DNA from: Octopus vulgaris
Lineage: Eukaryota
Reading direction: 5' to 3'
DNA: 64,000 bases
NCBI GenBank assembly: GCA_951406725.2
Contig: OX597820.1
Coordinates: 37,448,001 to 37,512,000, forward strand
Of this stretch, positions 62,617 to 64,000 are shown piece after piece. A program made the translations under genes and the position numbers. Positions within the stretch are counted from its first letter, which is position 1. Every line of letters starts with the position of its first letter. The notes under the pieces were generated by a model. It did not search any database, was not told the DNA's origin, and saw nothing but the letters and a program-made list of their open reading frames with translations.

Positions 62617-64000
62617 TATATGTGTGTGAGTGTGTGTGTATGTAGCCGGGACTTTTGACAATATGCTTTGCCTGAGAAGACTCATCAAGCCAAGTGAAAT
62701 TATAGTTGTGGCCAATGGTACGTAAAAAGCACCCATTACACTATTGGAGTGGTTGGCATTAGGAAGAGTATCCACCCGTAGAAACCGTGCCAAATCAAAT
62801 TGGAACCTCATGCAGCTCTCCAGCTTACAGGTTTCAGTCAAACCATCTAGCCCATGCCAGCATGGAAAGCAGAGGTTAAATGATGAAGATGATGATGATA
62901 TATATGTATATATGTGTATACACACACACACATTGTGTATTGACAAGTTTAGAAGACTTCACTGCTGGATGAAATGCATTTTAGCATACAGGCACACATT
63001 TGTGCACAAAGGCACTTGCAATATGCTCACACACACAAGTCTACATACATAAAACTACATATATACCCACTAGCATAGATAGGGGAGGGGGCGGTGGGGG
63101 TTTCCTGGCCTGGGTAGCAATATGTGTTGTTTGTGGGGTCTGGGGATGGCAAACAGAAGGGACACCCTGGACAGCACACTCTAGCTATGCTAATTTATAT
63201 ACCTTTTGGTCCCAGTCTACACCTGCTGTCACCACTTGTCTCTCTATCACTCCTGCTTCCATCACTCTACTATCTTCTGTATCATTACTATGTAACATAT
63301 CACACTTTCTGTACTGCCAGTCATCACTTCCTCTTCCTTGAGCAACTTCATACTGACATCCATCTTTCATTGTTATCATTGACCAACTCAAACCCTAGCT
63401 CACTATTGGCTACCTACATTTCATGTTTATCTCTGACTGTCTCTGCTCCTATTCTATTCCATCACTCACTATCCTTCTCCATAAACCCTCTTGCAACCAA
63501 TACCCACCCTTCATATACTCATTCTTTATGATGCTTCTGTCACCATGCACTCTTCTGTTCATCTTCTTGGCCATATTAACTTTAAGGCATGCTCTTGCTT
63601 CTCTTCACTATCATGTTTATCTCTCTTTCAGGCACCACTGCTTCCCACCCCTGTCACCTGCATATAATGCAGAATAGTCCTGAATCTCTTCCTGCTCAAT
63701 CCATCCCAATATTCTCTTCATCACTCTCTGAATTTCTTTTACTAACTGTTGACATTACTCCTTGTCTTTCTTCCTATTACTCACTTCCCCAACAGTGTCT
63801 CTATTAGTCTTTTCACTAATACATTCTCAGTACAATAAGTGTTCTTGCATTATATTTAGCTGCTATTTCTAGCAGATCAAGATGCCCCCCCCCCACTGGT
63901 TCATCTTATTTCTAAATATGTTAGAACAATGATATATAACAAATTATCTATTAACTTCATCACTAAGATAGTAAATGTATATAAAATCAAAGACGTAAGC

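Overview
Eukaryotic, AT-rich, repeat-saturated genomic DNA. The SINE families, RTE tails and TA/CA/GA microsatellite load suggest an Octopus (coleoid cephalopod) genome; this is inferred from repeat style. I could assemble one host gene by hand: a 3-exon minus-strand SMIM20 (MITRAC7/phoenixin precursor) orthologue, CDS 21709-21595 + 7903-7847 + 4158-4118, 70 aa, with GT-AG introns and tandem ETS-like promoter motifs. A candidate plus-strand exon of an unidentified gene lies at 59323-59511. The rest is mostly transposon-derived: a near-intact DD34D mariner, two maT-type remnants (one with a countable DD37D triad), a Tc1 remnant, at least three Helitron families (one with a decayed Pif1 helicase), RTE LINE remnants, three tRNA-derived SINE families, a GGATC-terminated MITE family with 8-bp TSDs that carries (TTAGGG)n/G-rich motifs, and several fold-back palindromes, two of them built from hammerhead-ribozyme-like (Penelope-type) sequence. 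Nearly all ORFs in the supplied track are microsatellite or SINE artefacts.
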